From contig OZ249436.1 in assembly GCA_965235115.1 (NCBI GenBank), positions 9,984,001 through 10,048,000 on the forward strand: 64,000 bases of DNA, given 5' to 3'. The notes under the pieces were generated by a model. It worked only from the letters and a program-made list of their open reading frames with translations, did not search any database and had not been told where the DNA came from. Position 1 is the first letter of the stretch, and every line of letters starts with the position of its first letter. Source of the DNA: Laetmonice hystrix (lineage: Eukaryota). A program made the position numbers and the translations under genes. Positions 51,628 through 64,000 of the stretch are shown here, piece by piece.

Positions 51628-52676
51628 CTCACACCAGAGGTTGGTATGTAGTGCACACACTACCAAGGGACTCGGGCACAATGTCACGGTGCATCTTTAC
51701 GTAATTCACGGATCTCGCTCCTTGTCTCAATGACGCTAAACAGATAAGCCCTGGCTCTGGCTCTGGTCCCACGATACTGGTACATGTGTATAGGTGAAGG
51801 ACAAAGAATATTTTCAATTTTTAGTATTGTATTAAAACTGTAATATTATATTAAAAACTTGATAGAGGTCAGTAAACTACTTTGTAATAAAGGCTATACA
51901 CAGTTCATCCATGGCGCCCACTCCAGTAAGACGACATGGCAAAAATTTTAATAACATAACTTGTGCATTATAGCGATAACACAGCGATGACGGCATAAGG
52001 CATAAAAATGATGGAGATATAAGGTGACTTTAGCGGTCTGGATACAGCAATGAGCGTTTTCTTTGTCTCAATCCGCTTAGATTGGTCTGTAATATAAGCA
52101 CCTTCCAGGGGGAGTAGATCTAGGCCTAAGCTAGGCCTAATCTCAAAGCACAGAGGGCAAAATGCCTATACTCTTCGGTCAGCAATTCATCGACGAACGG
52201 TATCATTCACTTTAAGTTTGAGCCTTCGTTAAAGGTAAGTGCGACGTAATTACAGTCCCTGACACAAGCTTAGGAAAGACATGTTTTGACTTGATTATCT
52301 GCAAATCTGTAAATAAAAAACGCCGTCAAGACCCATAGACGTTCTCGGCCATTATTGGAATTTTAATTTCAACCAGTATATCATGTTTCATTTGTTTATC
52401 AAATAACTTTTACCTAATTACACCCAGGTAATTATGTCTACGTGACGACATTCCCTTGTGCTATAAGACAGTTGGCTTTTCCTGGCATCATCTGGCAGAT
52501 TGGGTTATTTTCAAAGAACTTGACGACTTCGATTGTGTCTTGTGATAGAGAACGACATGGTTGAGTTACCACATATTATGTCGTATCCAGGACATAGCAC
52601 GCAATAGACTTCACAACAGTGGCACGATTTCTGTAGGACTCTTGTCTTGGGCAGAGCCCTCATTGCCCTGGGGGCA

Positions 52677-52975
52677 ATCTAATTAAAATTAGATCTTAGT
52701 TATTTCGCATGGGCTCCATACTAGGATCTAACGGCATCCCGTACGGGGTCACCTCAGGCTGCCCTTTGACCCAGATTCTAGTGTGCCGTTGAAAATGCCT
52801 ACGAGCGCCCACCGAAGATTTCGTAGGCGGCTCGCTGATTGGCTGAATCCCGAGGTCAACCTGAGGTGACCCCTAATGCCAGTAATGGGATGTCCTTAGA
52901 TCTAGGTATGGAGCGCAGACAGAACTGACACAGCCGAGAGAGACGCGGAATACCAAGATCTAATTTTAATTAGAT
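52677..52975. mobile_element. Foldback or nested palindromic MITE
   Basis: Nested inverted pairs ATCTAATTAAAATTAGATCTT, CCATAC..GATCTAA and GGGGTCACCTCAGG. Confidence 0.7.
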
Positions 52976-53000
52976 AATAACTAATTAGATAATAATTTAA

Positions 53001-53268
53001 TAACTGACTGTTCTACATAGGCTAAATCAATGGGCCAATAACTGACTGTTCTACATAGGCTAAATCAATGGGCCAATAACTGACTGTTCTACACGTATAG
53101 GCTAAATCAATGGGCCGATAACTGACTGTTCTACATAGGCTAAATCAATGGGCCAATAACTGACTGTTCTACATAGGCTAAATCAATGGGCCGATAACTG
53201 ACTGTTCTACATAGGCTAAATCAATGGGCCAATAACTGACTGTTCTACATAGGCTAAATCAATGGGCC
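53001..53268. repeat. 38-bp minisatellite, 7 copies
   Basis: TAACTGACTGTTCTACATAGGCTAAATCAATGGGCCAA. Confidence 0.95.
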
Positions 53269-54313
53269 TATAGATCGCCCTTTGTCTCCTCCATTTATCA
53301 GGACTTGATCTAGGACTAAATATGTTTGGCACAAAGTCATGTCATGGTTGACTGTCCACAAACATTTGGCTATGCCTGTATGGTTATCTATGCTAGCACA
53401 GGTCTGTGTCTCTAGGACTATAAGCCTAGTCGTGGGCTACGTGACGGAATTTCAACCACAGATGGTCCGTCACGAAGCCGAAGTCCGTCACAATTAACAG
53501 TTAGGCTAGCCTACTCGTCGCAGTCATCAACCTGGCTATCAGCCTCAAGTGGCGAGCTTCTCTCACGGGCTGTTAAACCTAGGTGACCCCCCCCCCCCCC
53601 CACATACACACACTAGTAATAGTGCATCTGGTATTATCGGCATCCGAGTTGTCAGGTGGGAGAAATATCCCCGGTCCGATCAAAGGTGACACAGGTGGAG
53701 GCATAGCCCCAAGGGGCCGTTCAAAAATTACGTAACGCTATTTTGGGCCAAATCTGACCCCACCCCCACCCCCCTAACGCTCTGCAATATACTTCAGCAC
53801 TGTCCGTAACGTTTGGACATACACCCCCGACTCCCACCAGGTGGAGGCTTCAATACACAGTCATGCTGCCCTCCACGTCCATCACTGCTGGTCCATCAGT
53901 AGCCTACATCACTGGCAAGACCTCTAACCTGACCTTTGCAAAACGTTATCTTTTAGTTGAGCAGAGCGCTTGGGTAATGAAGCGTGTCTGTAGGCCTAGT
54001 CTCCAGCGTATACATATCAACGATGTTGCTTCCAAGGTCATTTTCTTCCTAACTATTTAACATTTTATTGTCAAAACCAAACAGGAGTCTTTAAATAAGT
54101 TTAGGCCTAAAGAAGCAATATTCGTTGGGAATTAAACGTGTTCCTATCTGCTTTAAGAAATAGATATCGACCGAATTACGATAAACCATATTTGTTTACG
54201 TTACGAATTCCTGATGAATACATGCTGAAAGATGTGATCATTTCATGACGGAATTACAAAATGGAGTGGGTCATAGGGCCTACAGCAACACGAAAAATCA
54301 GGTGACCGTCGAA

Positions 54314-54460
54314 GGTGGGTGGGTGGGTGGGTATTTGGGGTTTTTCGCCTTGCAACAGCCAGGGTCATATCACGGCGGTGAAGATGATGATGAAAGTCAG
54401 TTTTTCTTGGTGGAGGAAACCGGAGTGCCCGGAGGAAACCACCGACCTTCGGGAAGAACT
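54314..54460 (-). mobile_element. 5'-truncated copy of the same SINE
   Basis: Reverse complement is nearly identical to about 9250-9385. Confidence 0.88.
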
Positions 54461-54509
54461 AGAGTATAGAGTAACCTACAAGGCAGGAGCTTAATGATAT
54501 TTAACTTAC

Positions 54510-54620
54510 CAGGGGTCGGCGTTATAATTCGTGGATGGAAAAAGTTTAAAATTCGTTTGACGTGTGACGTAGGTTTGACCTTTCGCGCGCCGGATATTTG
54601 CGCATGCGCAGAAAAGCGGT
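54510..54620 (-). promoter_or_regulatory. Candidate promoter and non-coding first exon of the GPCR gene
   Basis: NRF1-type palindrome TGCGCATGCGCA (54599-54610), E2F-like TTTCGCGC (54581), TGACGT, then minus-strand donor CTG|GTAAGT at 54510. Confidence 0.5.
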
Positions 54621-56415
54621 AGCTGCTAAAGTACGGGCAACACCTATTGTGTTATACGGTGCTTACTTTATTTGAATATTTAAAGAGATGGCATGCCATA
54701 ATTATGACTGCATGATCTGAGATACAATCATAGATCTATAAGTACGGTACTATAGTGTAGACTCTATGGGGTATAGATCTATTAGGGGAGAGGCGGGTTA
54801 GTTGAGCCGTTTTTCAGTCAAGGTTATCCTATAGTTTATGGTTTACATACTCCGAGACAATTCATAGGCCAATGTAGGCTACACCAACTATTTATGCATG
54901 TCTGGTATAGCGATATTGGCGATGTACAAGTATCAACAGTGACGTGATGAGCAAACAAACACAAATTTAAACTGGCTCATCTCTCCCACCAATTTGGGGT
55001 AAGATGTACCATGTGATAGGGTAAGTTGAGCCACTACCTGGCATTGAACCCGAAACAAACTCAGTATTTAAAAAAAAAACATAAGAGCAGACGACTTTAA
55101 TGAAATGTATAACAATAAAATAAATGATCGACAATACAAAACGCAACATCAAAATTAGGCCGCTCCTTGCCACCTCAAATTCACATTCTATAGAATTCAC
55201 TCTTTTATTAAATTAATGTGAAAAGTTAACCATATACACATGCCCTAATGTCTACTTGATATTCCATGTATTTTAAGACATAAAAAGCTTCAACGTCGAT
55301 AGTAATATTAATGCCCGTACACACCTCGACGAAGTTATAATAAAATAGGCTTAGATAATGTGGCATACATTGTGGTTGACATACTGACATACAGTCCCCC
55401 TTACAGAAGTCACGAATCTTCGCGCGCATGGCTCGACTTGCATAGCAGACTTCCCGCAACGTTCAGTCAACAAAAACGCCAGACTATATCTAGTCAGAAA
55501 ATGCCCCAACAGGCCTAGGCCTACATTGGATGAGGTCAAGTCTGGGGTACAGTAAGGGTAAACTGCAGATTGTTTACCCCAGGCTAATTTTAACCCCCGT
55601 TATACCCAAGATTTGACTTCTCAACGAGGGGTAGGCCTAAGAAACCATGCATGGCCATGATACCAAAACCGGGGGTTCCATAGGATACATTTGGTTCCCT
55701 TTTACCTCTAGAGGTTGAAGGAATTTCAAATAATACGTCGTTTTTCACCAAAGATATGTCTGCACTGCGGTTCTCAGATATGTCTCAAAGCTCACCTACC
55801 TTTTTATGTAAATTTGGTCGGTATTTTGAAAAATAAATTCAAAAAGTCGCCAATCTTATTTAAGTCACTGAAAATGACACACTTGCATTCTGAGACCCCG
55901 GAATTTGCATCCGGCTGTGTTTGCATCCTTTTCACACGATGTGTTATTTTGACTCAAGTGAATACAAAATATTTTTACTGCCACAATGGGTACACGAAAG
56001 ACAAGATGATATCGCAGGTCTTGTTTTTTATGTTGCAAATACGTATAGGCCTATATGTCGCAAGCGGGGAAGAGCCAAGGGTCGAGAGTACGGTCCGCAG
56101 GTTGTTTTCATCACGGCGGCAGCCAAAATGGCGGTAATCATCGTACTTTGCGGCCACTGGAGCTAATATTTTTAATCTTTCTACCATCAGGGAGAATTTC
56201 ACAGCAGTCTACTCATAGCATGTGTTAACAGAATCAATATGGAAAACAATCAGTGCCATAAAGTACGTTAGTGGTGAGCATGTGCAGGTAAGCAAGAAGC
56301 TGAAGATTTCGGTCTTTAGGCCTACCACGGCTGAGCCATTCCCTTTAACCTAGACAGAACACCGTCCCAGCCGCGACCTAGCAACTGAAGGCTTGTAACC
56401 CCAGGTTACCTTTAA

Positions 56416-56812
56416 AGGTAATATGTCACGAATTTCAAATAATACGTCGTGTTTCAGCAAAAATATGTCTGCATTGCGGTTCTCCGATATGCCCCAAAGG
56501 TCCCCTACCTGTTTATGTGCTGTGTTTTGCACCCTTTTCACACGATCGGCGGATGGGCCATTACAGTCCCGTGTTTACATCTCGAGTAATCACAACGAGA
56601 GTCACGTGATCATGGGACCCGTTCAAACGATTTGCTAGTTTTATTCATTTTTCAACATTAGGGAGAATTTCACAGCTGTCTACTCGTAGTAGCCTATGTG
56701 TTAACAGAATCAGTAGGCTATGAAAAACAATTAGTGCCAGAAAGTACGTCAGTGGTGAGCAGGTAAGAAGAAAACTGAAGATTTCGGTCGTTACCCCCGT
56801 GACATATTTCCT
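56416..56812. mobile_element. Kolobok-like non-autonomous element; related copy at about 55715-56347
   Basis: TTAA TSD; TIR AGG(T/A)AATATGTCACG; internal similarity to the adjacent copy. Confidence 0.75.
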
Positions 56813-57039
56813 TTAACCCAGAGTACATATCAAGGAAGAGGTCAAATCGTGGGTAAAAGGTTTTAGTAAAAAAAAAAAAAAGATCTAAGTCAGACATGTT
56901 TTGGATGCCAATTTTGGCCGCTGCTGCAGCTGAAGACGGGTAGCAATACTTCGAAAGGAAGCCAGCATTCAGTGCGGAACCTATTCGCAGACACGGCTGG
57001 CTGATTCCCAGAATCTAGAACAGTTATAGAAGGCCTTAA

Positions 57040-57214
57040 GCTGTGAACACATGTAGCGTTTTTGCGGCAACGGCAACGATAATGCGGCAATGCGGCAGCG
57101 GCCAAAAAAATCGCCAAAATGAAATGCAGTGAATGTGTACACATGCGTACGGTAACGGCAATACGACTATCCGACTATTTGCCTGACAGATAGTCGGATA
57201 TAGTTGTTCACAGC
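57040..57214. mobile_element. MITE flanked by TTAA
   Basis: GCTGTGAACA ... TGTTCACAGC. Confidence 0.6.
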
Positions 57215-58472
57215 TTAATCCACTTCCCTGAAATAGGGCCTACCTTTGGGTTGTTTGTTGGGTAATTCTCAAGTAATCTCACAGTTGCTTGGGGATAATC
57301 CTGGGGTTATCTCTCACTTTACTTCATCATGGCTCAGCTGTGACTCAATCAAATTGTACTTGATACGTGACCTCTCCCATTCTCATAAGTACGCTCAAAA
57401 CGAGTCTCACTACGAAATACGGCCCTGAACAATCCAGTCATTTTACGTTTTTGTGAAGCATGTTTTGACCTCAATTTTGCGCCGCTTAATGGGAATCAAA
57501 ATATTTTAAATGAAACTTTTCAGAGATAACCTGTCCTGTCTGTACAGAAGTATATCATAATACAACAATCTACGTCATTGTGTGTCGATTTACTCTAACA
57601 ATAGCGTCACTGGACGAGCAAACGTGCCAATCTTCGCTTGGACGGTGAATCTGGCCTACCTGTGGATGGAATTACCAGCTGATGAAGTATTCCTGTAATA
57701 AACGCTATCTGCGTCACTGTCCGTTCGTCCATGGTGGTGGGCCACTATGATGTCACCAAGCGCCACTTGTTTTTGACCGGTTTAAAACGGATTGCCGCGA
57801 GACACGTCACGGGTCGGTTAAAGCGCTCCCAACTCGGTCATGTGATGACGCCTCAGCCAGCCATCGTCGACCAGGCCTTGGCGGCACCTCTCGTGGAGGC
57901 GGGACGCGGCTTCGTATTGCGATGGACACTTCGTCAAAATTCATTGGGACTGAATACATAAAAAGACAGGGTCGTCAGGGGCGGATCCAGGAGTTTTAGA
58001 TCTATACTGGGCGGGAAGGAAAGGGAGGGGGCGTGGCTATAGAGTGTCTAAGGTATACGCTGTTGGTGCACTGCATTCGGGTCTGAGGGTAATTTGCCTT
58101 CTAAAGTTTGGAATTTGAATCAAGTGAGTGAGTGAGTGAGTAATGGTGGTTTTACGCCGTGTCGGCATCCAGGGCCATCTTCAAGGCGAAAACAGGGTAA
58201 AAAGACCATAAAATGGAAGGGACGAATTCATGTTATTATGTCCAGATTATTGTTCCTTTCTCAGCTAAAATGCAGAATGCAGGTAGGCCTACTAGAGTCT
58301 ACCTATATGATAGCGTTTCTACTTCATGTTAAAAGCGTTTGGGGGGGGGGGGGGGGTATAGGCCTATAGGAAAATTGTCAACATTGGATGTAGGCTACGT
58401 ATAGCACTAGGCTATGTTCGATCGTTTAACAATAGGGCCTATTCGTCAGTCGTGCACCGTCGGCACAGGTCA

Positions 58473-58577
58473 GGGAATGGCCGTGACGTCACCAAATGAG
58501 CGATAAGTGTTAGGTAACGGCTAGGGTTAGGTTTAGCATCTTTTATCGCTCATTTTGATGACGTCATGGCCATTCCC
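58473..58577. mobile_element. Short hairpin MITE
   Basis: Arms GGGAATGGCC.TGACGTCA.CAAA.TGAGCGATAA inverted around a GGTTAG loop. Confidence 0.7.
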
Positions 58578-58602
58578 CGACATGAGCCGCACCGTTCTTG
58601 CT

Positions 58603-58998
58603 GCTTTTCCACGAGGTGGATGCGGACCCGGAGGCGGGCGTGGGCGGAAAAAATCGATCCAACATATTTCCCTTTAGCTGTCTGCACGACGCGGGTGCAG
58701 CTGCGGAGCGGGTGGACGGACGCGGACGCGTTTTTTTGAATCGCTCATGTAGCGATTTTTTCCGCACCCGCTTGCTGCCCTCGCGGTATTGCGTCATCAT
58801 CTTCTGGGAATTCCCCTGGTAACAATGAAATTATGAATTTTGCAACGGACTCCACGGACTGAAGACCCAAACCCGCGCGAAAACTCCCGCGTGTGTGCCC
58901 GTTTCGTGGAAACACAACGCCCGCACCCGTACCCGCGCCCGCCGCCGCCTCCGCCTCCGCCTCCGCCTCCGCCTCCGCATCCGCCTCGTGGAAAAGAC
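58603..58998. mobile_element. GC-rich Harbinger-like MITE with internal (CCGCCT)n
   Basis: Inverted arms CTTTTCCACGAGG.GGATGCGGA..GGAGGCGG. Confidence 0.6.
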
Positions 58999-59124
58999 AT
59001 AATAAGGGCAGCACAAGTCTGGAATCGACGAATTTCGCTCTCTGCCTGTCGCGGCCATTTTGACCTCCCGGGCCAGGGAGTAGCCTGGTACTCTGCCTAA
59101 CAGACGCGTTCGCTATGTTACGTA

Positions 59125-59357
59125 TGGAATACCGGCGACGACATGCGAGATGCGAGAAGCGACATAAGACCGAACAGTGTCAATTTAGCACATAGAATGT
59201 TTCTTATTGACACCGACATTAAGATCCACTGCTCAATTAGTGCCTATTTAACAATAATTTTGGGGCTAAAGTGAAAACTGACACTAACCCTAGGCCTAAC
59301 CTTTACCCTAACCCAAACACACTGTCTCGCATCTCGCATGTCGTCGCCGGTATTCCA
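59125..59357. mobile_element. MITE copy 1 (TA TSD)
   Basis: 33-bp perfect TIR TGGAATACCGGCGACGACATGCGAGATGCGAGA; internal TAACCC-like units. Confidence 0.88.
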
Positions 59358-59957
59358 TACGACATATGTAGAAGGGGACCTTGCTAGATGCATGCTGGGA
59401 CATACGCAGGCAACGGAAGCCGCAGCTGTACGACACTTCGGAATTTGATGTTTTATCCTTAAAATACTTGTCAAACCACTAAAAGAAGACCTTGTCCGTG
59501 ATAAATGGATGCCGGTGAGTTGATCGGTACATGAATTTGCGCTGCCAGTGACACACCAATTTTTAACATTGAGTGGTCGTAAGCCTCACTGGCTGAGGCT
59601 TAACTAGGTAGGATAGGTGGGCTACGACTTGGTTGGAACAGAGAAAAGGATGATGTCATACTTCTCGGCTGTGCTCAGTGGTGTGTGAACAGAACTGATT
59701 GGTTACATCACACAATGCCCAGATTGGTACCGCATGCGGGTGAGTAGCAAAACTGGTCAAAATACTTAGTTATCATACCTTAAAAGTATTTTAAAAATGG
59801 GTTTATTTTTTTGCTGGACATAGGCCCTACTGTAGTATGGGTAACGACTAGATTCTATAAATTGTTCACCCTGATACCCATTCGGGAACCCTCGGGAAAA
59901 TCCGCCACCTTCCGGTGGGTTCGGATTTTCACCTCGGGTGTAATGGACAGATTTGTA

Positions 59958-60200
59958 TGGAATACCGGCGACGACATGCGAGATGCGAGACAGTGTGTTT
60001 GGGTTAGGGTAAAGGTTAGGCCTAGGGTTAGTGTTAGTTTTCACTTTAGGGAAAGTTTATCCCCCAAATTATAATATAGGCTATTAAATAGGCACGTGGA
60101 TCGTGATGTCGGTGTCAATAAGAAACATTCTATGTGCTAAATTGACACTGTTCGGTTCCATGTCGCTTCTCGCATCTCGCATGTCGTCGCCGGTATTCCA
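59958..60200. mobile_element. MITE copy 2, opposite orientation
   Basis: Same TIR; internal sequence is the reverse complement of copy 1. Confidence 0.88.
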
Positions 60201-61366
60201 TAGATTTGTGTGACTGTGATGCGGCGCAAATTAATACTAAGTAAGCAGGCAGGGGGGCACAATGCGCGCTGACCAAGTAATCCCTACATCGTAATGGCAG
60301 CAGTTGATGAGTGTTTGTATTATGCACTTGAAAACTGTCGGATAACCAAAGGAAAGTCGCGGCAGTTAAACCAAAACAGAGAGAAACATGCACACAACTT
60401 ATGGCTTATGCCTCCATTCGCCACACCGCCCACACTCAACACATTGACAACATGCACTCGCTGACTCAGTCCCAGCCGACAGCGGCGGCACGGGCTCGGA
60501 AACTGGTGAGGCAGTCTAGGCGAGATACGAAGGAGGACGTTATTTCACATAACTCTGATCACCGTCGGCAGATTCCTTCCGTAAACACCAACTAGAATTT
60601 TTTTATAGCGACAAAGGCTAAGATGGCAGCTGTGGAAAGCACATGGGTTGGTTTTGTTGTGTGACTACTTTAAAAAATGGCGACCTGACCTTTACGGCCG
60701 AGACATGATCTGCCATCTGTCGAGTAGCGCCGGGTGCCTGATACCATGTTCAAATCGGAAATTAGCTATGTACATTTGTACTACAGACCAAACGTCCAAA
60801 GTCACACATGCCACTATAGTAGAAGGATCTCAGCAAGCCCGGCCTTGTCATTGGGTCGCAACTCCAACTCCCGTAAATGCGTGCAGCGCTCAAATGCATC
60901 GCCGATAAAAATTCTACGCTGAGATCTACTAATATCTCGTTCATGTTTCCTGCATTTTTTAGCTGAAGTTGTGCCCTATGCGTGGCATGTTGCCTGTTCA
61001 GCCTTTGCAGCAAGTAGCCTAATGCAGACGACTGTACTGTTTACATTACATGCACCTGTGGGGCGAGGCGTGAGAATGCGTGAGAAGATAAGAAGGGCGG
61101 TCGACTTTCTGCGAGCCGCCGTAATTCATGAGGCAAAAAAAAAAAAAAAAAAAAGAGTCCCAAGTTGCCACTTAAAAGTCTCCGTTATTATGAGTCATTC
61201 GCCGGGTATCAGGCCAGTTCCTTGTTAAATAAGTTCAAATGATATCGTTCGGGTTGGACAGAACCAGTTTGTGATTCTCACAGTATGTGCAATTATAATC
61301 CTTTAATTTGTTAAATAACAACACAAGAGTCATTGTTCATTGAAATAGGTAGGTCTAAATGCCTTT

Positions 61367-61506
61367 CAGGGCCGTGCCTGGGGTGAGGGTGGTGTCTGTA
61401 ATCCCCCTGGGTGCCAAAGATTATTTTTTTAGTCTTTTTTGGTCCTAACACACACTTCAGACTTGGATCTCCCCCCCCCCTGCACCAATCTCTGGGCACG
61501 GCCCTG
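61367..61506. mobile_element. hAT-like MITE
   Basis: CAGGGCCGTGCC ... GGCACGGCCCTG; termini related to 45801-45989. Confidence 0.65.
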
Positions 61507-61620
61507 CCTTTTCGGACTTAAATGAAACGTAGTAACGGGAATTGTATATACACATGTACTATTGAACTCCAAATACTGATGTGGATCCGCCCTCCACAAG
61601 TAGGCCAACACGAACACTAC

Positions 61621-61860
61621 CATTTCCCCAGTAGTACCAACGTGACTCACCATGTGGCGCTTTGAACACTCACATTATCCTTTAAATTGACATCTAATTG
61701 TAAGCATGAATATATATACGTCTGTATTTCAATGGCATACGATCGTTAAGACATATTGATACATTATCATCAATACCACCCTCACCTTTTGTGATTTAAA
61801 GGGAAATGTGAGTGTTCAAAGCGCCACCTAGCGAGTCGCGTTGGTACCACGGGGGAAATG
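61621..61860. mobile_element. MITE with about 70-bp inverted arms
   Basis: CATTTCCCC..GTACCAACG..GTGGCGCTTTGAACACTCACATT inverted. Confidence 0.78.
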
Positions 61861-63281
61861 TGCCTGAGCATTGCCGGGATAATTACAATAATAAACAAAC
61901 TTCATAGTCACGTATTGCAACAATAATTTCTTTGTTTATTATTTCTACAACGTAATCAGCTGTTGATAACAGTATCCCTTTAAATATAGTCACCATCAGA
62001 TGGCGTTAAAAAAAAGCATAAAAGCGCAATGGCTGTCTTTATAAAAGTGGCACAGGCGACTTAATGTGGAACAGTTTTACACTCATTACGGCTTCATTTT
62101 GAACACCACCAAATTACCATTAAAAGAAATTTGCTGAAAGCCATGCATTAGCCATACTAATACAATTGTACATTTTTAAATCATTCATGGCTGTTTAGCG
62201 CAAAAATACATTATTATTACTCTCTAAAAGTAAACTAAGAGGTCCGGGAAATACCTTTCCACCATCTTCCAATGAAAAATCCTATACTGTAGGTTTTATG
62301 TTTGTGAATACATAAATTAAGTTTTTTTTTGGGTCCTCTACTATTGGCTACAAGACGGCAACTTCTTATTGCCATGTGTAAACATAAGGGGATTATTAAC
62401 AATGGGGTCAGGATTCTTCTTTTTGCTGGGTTCCGATCAGGACCATACAATGACCAAGGCATTCATATACATAGAACCACCGGTTCAGGATTTGTTCGTG
62501 AATATATTTAAATCCTATCCTAACTACAAAAAGATAAAAAGTATACCTGCCACCAGCAATTATACTGCTAGCAATTTCTCCATAAAAAACTAAAATACAT
62601 AAGCTGGATAATGTTTATCATTACAAATAATACAAACGTCGCCTAAATACATGAAGATGATCCATCACTTTCTCTACCCCTGGGTGTCTCTTCATTCACG
62701 CCACACACTTCAGTTAATGCACATTCACTACCTAATAGAAAGAGGGAAAAAAGCAACGCAGGGCACCGACACAACACATGTTCACAGGAAACATTCTTGT
62801 CGCACACTTAGTCCAGCCACACCTGTAGCGAAACCCGACACAGGGACGCATTTCTCTGCTACATCAGCAATAACAAATAAACCTTCCTGGATTTTACTTT
62901 CCACTTGTTATCTTATTTATAGGATCCAGATTTGTTCAAGCAAACAGTGTCCAGGGAGGGGCTATTTAGACAAAGTACGAATAAACACGTACCGTATACT
63001 ATAAATGAACAAATAGTATTCAAAGTGCTTTTTGACTGTTTTTACCTTTGAAATTGACCGAAGTGTCAAAACTATCCGTGTAATTCCATTCTACTGTGAA
63101 ATGCTGTTTCGCTTCGATTGATCTGTTGAACATAAAGGAACAGAATGCCATCCCATCAGAACCTGATAGAAAAAATGTTTGGCAAAAGCCATTCCCAATT
63201 TTTTCAGAGCAAAATTCTCTGGTGCTGAAACTAGCCATTAAAACTTCCTCCAGCATGGAAGATTAGGCAATGTTGAATGAA

Positions 63282-63499
63282 GACATATCTAGTTGTGCGA
63301 CCACCGCCAGCATTCCCAGATACCTGGGGACTGCTGTCATCAGGAGCAGTAAGTCCTGGCTTTCACACAAACCATACACCATCCGTTCTAAGACATATTT
63401 GGGTGTGCGACCACCGCCAGCATTCCCAGATACCTGGGGACTGCTGTCATCAGGACAGTAAGTCCTGGCTTTCACACAAACCATACACCATCCGTTCTG
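63282..63499. repeat. 110-bp tandem duplication
   Basis: GACATAT..GTGCGACCACCGCCAGCATTCCCAGATACCTGGGG..CCATCCGTTCT occurs twice. Confidence 0.9.
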
Positions 63500-64000
63500 C
63501 CGCCGACCTCCGCCGACCAACGACAACCAGTTACCCAGCTTGCATTGGGATAGAAAGAAACAGGCATACAATTTTAGCATCTTCCACACATTACCCGACC
63601 CCGACCCAAGCCGCCCTGTTAACCCACATACCACCCTACCAACCCCATCTGCAGCAGTGAACTCATTTTTTATCCCTATAAAAAAAACCAAAAAAACTTA
63701 CAGAACCCTTTTTGGTCAATTCCTTGCCATATGAAGCAGGCATTTCTTTTAAACTTTGCTTACACCGAAGTAAGCATTTCTCACATTTTATTTTCTGAGT
63801 CAAGTTTTATCTTGACCAACCCTATGTACGTCATATCTATTTGCGATGTACAAGAAGACAATGTAAACGCAACTTTCACGTTCAACAGGCCTCAGTGTGC
63901 CAATAACCAAATCAACTTGCTGAAGATCTTGTATCCATCATCTAAATTTGTCTTAATTTCGACTACTTTACAAATATAAACGAACTTCACGGACCACACA

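Noticed and set aside
51629..51817. Signal-peptide exon of the GPCR
   Set aside because: The frame ending in phase 1 has no ATG after an upstream stop; the ATG frames have the wrong phase and no hydrophobic core.
58745..59100. Poly-Arg, poly-Pro and EA-repeat ORFs
   Set aside because: They arise from (CCGCCT)n inside a MITE.

Overview
Animal (marine invertebrate-type) genomic DNA; no prokaryotic features. There are two minus-strand genes. (1) The 5' part of a netrin gene: a 1030-bp first coding exon (signal peptide, laminin N-terminal domain, LE1), an 18.7-kb intron, then two tandem 189-bp paralogous exons, both encoding LE2 (V-2), separated by a 55-nt intron. A 30-nt intronic element 1.5 kb upstream is complementary to the 5' splice site of the first copy and partly to the second, suggesting RNA-structure-controlled mutually exclusive splicing of the UNC5-binding module. 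(2) A roughly 2100-codon, 35-exon GRL101/RXFP-like LRR GPCR with ectodomain SMB-CTLD-EGF-CUBx5-CTLDx2-LDLax7-LRR; its signal-peptide exon was not found. One of its exons is split by a TA-target MITE, and six of its splice sites are amplified in minisatellites. The rest is MITEs, a tRNA-derived SINE, minisatellites and abundant TA-NNNN-TA palindromes. Exon boundaries were read by hand from GT/AG and phase continuity; no database search was possible.
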